A model generated the notes under the pieces. That model was not told where the DNA came from, searched no databases, and saw only the letters and a list, made by a program, of their open reading frames with translations. A program made the translations under genes and the position numbers. Shown here piece after piece: positions 62,321 to 64,000 of a DNA stretch of 64,000 bases. This DNA comes from Octopus sinensis. Its lineage: Eukaryota. The stretch spans positions 181,412,001 to 181,476,000 of the forward strand of contig NC_042998.1 of assembly GCF_006345805.1 (NCBI RefSeq). The letters run 5' to 3'. How positions within the stretch are numbered: the first letter of the stretch is position 1; every line of letters begins with the position of its first letter.

Positions 62321-62535
62321 TCTTATACAAGAACGTTGTTGACAATGGCTTCGAAGTTTCGGCCACCTAAGCTATCGTCGGACTGCGATGCTTTAGAGTT
62401 AGTCATGCCTTTATATAGACTCTGTTGATTAAAATCATCTTTGGGTGTGTAAGTTTGTACTCTACAAACGGATGGAGTAACCCGTCAGATTAATGTAAAA
62501 TCGCTTTTATTATGACTGAACATAAAAACAATTTC

Positions 62536-62536
<1 letters not shown>

Positions 62537-62609
<73 letters not shown>

Positions 62610-62646
62610 GATAGAGAGAGATAGAGAGACAGATAGACAGATAGAC

Positions 62647-62692
<46 letters not shown>

Positions 62693-62754
62693 CAGACAGA
62701 CGGACAGACACAGACAGACAGACAGACAGACAGATAGATAGATAGATAGTAGAT

Positions 62755-62792
<38 letters not shown>

Positions 62793-62820
62793 GATAGATA
62801 GATAGATAGATAGATAGATA
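62537..62820. repeat. (GATA)n/(GACA)n compound microsatellite
   Basis: Seen directly. Confidence 0.96.
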
Positions 62821-63206
62821 TTTAAAATATTCTCCTTTCACAAAATATAAGATGAAAATGATCAACCACAGAAAACATAAAAGGAATACTTTATAAAAAT
62901 TATATCCGAAACTAAACTGGAAATAGTTAACGCAATTACAAGACAACTTCCTCTTTATGCATTAGCCCAGAAAGGGTAAGTTTGAAAAGTTGAAAAACGA
63001 AAGACATAAATTACTATATACAAAATTCTTCCACAAATGTTAGAAACATTCTGTTAAATAAAGGAATTTTTTTAATAGTTAATAACTTTTAAAATAATCT
63101 TTTTCTAATTATCGTAACTCTATCAAGTGAATTTTACAAATGGTTATATATCTATATGTATGTATATATTTGAAAAAATAGTGTTACTTTTTGGGAGGAT
63201 TTTTTT

Positions 63207-63336
63207 GCATTCGTTGTCAAACAGATCAGTGGATTTGGGGCTTTGTGATTCGGTATATAGAATTACAAAAGGCCAAATCCTTAGATTTATAGAATCACAA
63301 AGGCCTAAATCCTCAGATCTGTTTGACAACGAATGC
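63207..63336. repeat. 130-bp inverted repeat with an internal tandem duplication of about 32 bp
   Basis: Perfect 21-bp arms gcattcgttgtcaaacagatc / gatctgtttgacaacgaatgc. The inner unit tatagaat(t/c)acaaa.ggcc.aaatcct.agat occurs twice. Confidence 0.9.
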
Positions 63337-63705
63337 GAGAAAGTACCGAATAAGTTAACAAGGAATTTTTTTCAAATCTTCCCACCCAAGTTAACAAAGG
63401 ACTTAGATCTACGAACTAAAGTGTAAAATTTATATTTAGTAAAGAATTAGAAAATGATAAATTAAACTGATTAGAATTAGCCATTCTTTTTCTTTTTTCA
63501 AATATACCTAACTGTACCAAGGATCTCACACATTTTGCCAGATATATATATACATACATTATATATATACTTATATGTACATATATGTATACATATATAT
63601 ACATATATATATGCATAAATATATATACATACATACATCGTCACTTAATGTGACGAAGGGTGATTATTTCCTTTGATTTTTGAATTGCGTCTAGCCACCT
63701 TCATG

Positions 63706-63756
<51 letters not shown>

Positions 63757-63779
63757 TTGTATGTATGTATGTATACATA

Positions 63780-63834
<55 letters not shown>

Positions 63835-64000
63835 CGAACGACCTCCGACACACAAGTGACAAACGGGAGTCAGAGAAAGGCAGAATGCCACTTAAATCTG
63901 AACACTACTATAGAAATATTCTTTTAAAAAAACTTATCTTCTAATTTTTAAATTTAATTATTTAACGTTACAGTTGGAAAAGGTCTCAAAATGACCGAAA

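Noticed and set aside
62345-62385. Hammerhead-like motif on the - strand (CCGACGA...GGCCGAAAC)
   Set aside because: The core U is mutated, stem II is mismatched and there is no UH site; too degenerate to support.

Overview
AT-rich, repeat-dense eukaryotic genomic DNA with no prokaryotic operon, rRNA, true tRNA gene or CRISPR array. The SINE families match ones I recall from Octopus genomes, so a coleoid cephalopod is likely (recognition from memory, not a search). Most of the window is microsatellite ((TA)n, (GATA)n, (CATA)n, (GAAA/GAAC)n, (ATT)n) plus transposon debris. The debris includes three tRNA-headed SINE families, LINE fragments (two CR1/L2-like, RTE, Tx1/L1-like), four Tc1/mariner copies (one DD37D), a hAT pseudogene, and Tigger-like and piggyBac-like MITEs. 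Nearly all ORFs in the supplied track are microsatellite or transposon artefacts. The best host-gene signal is a + strand multi-exon gene starting at 48587 that encodes an N-terminally anchored single-pass membrane protein, possibly EVC/EVC2-like (low confidence). Highlights of the hunt: (1) minimal hammerhead-ribozyme motifs in several unrelated short repeats, one with an intact core at 51912-51946, suggesting Penelope-like or retrozyme-type elements; (2) a TSD-flanked retroelement with only a gag/ORF1-like zinc-knuckle ORF, inside a three-layer nested insertion at 33.1-35.0 kb; (3) five fold-back palindromes and two spaced inverted duplications; (4) the same SINE tail-to-body dimer junction at two loci. 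There is a 100-N gap at 60231-60330, and some indel patterns suggest uncorrected long-read error. Repeat boundaries are approximate unless TIRs or TSDs are quoted.
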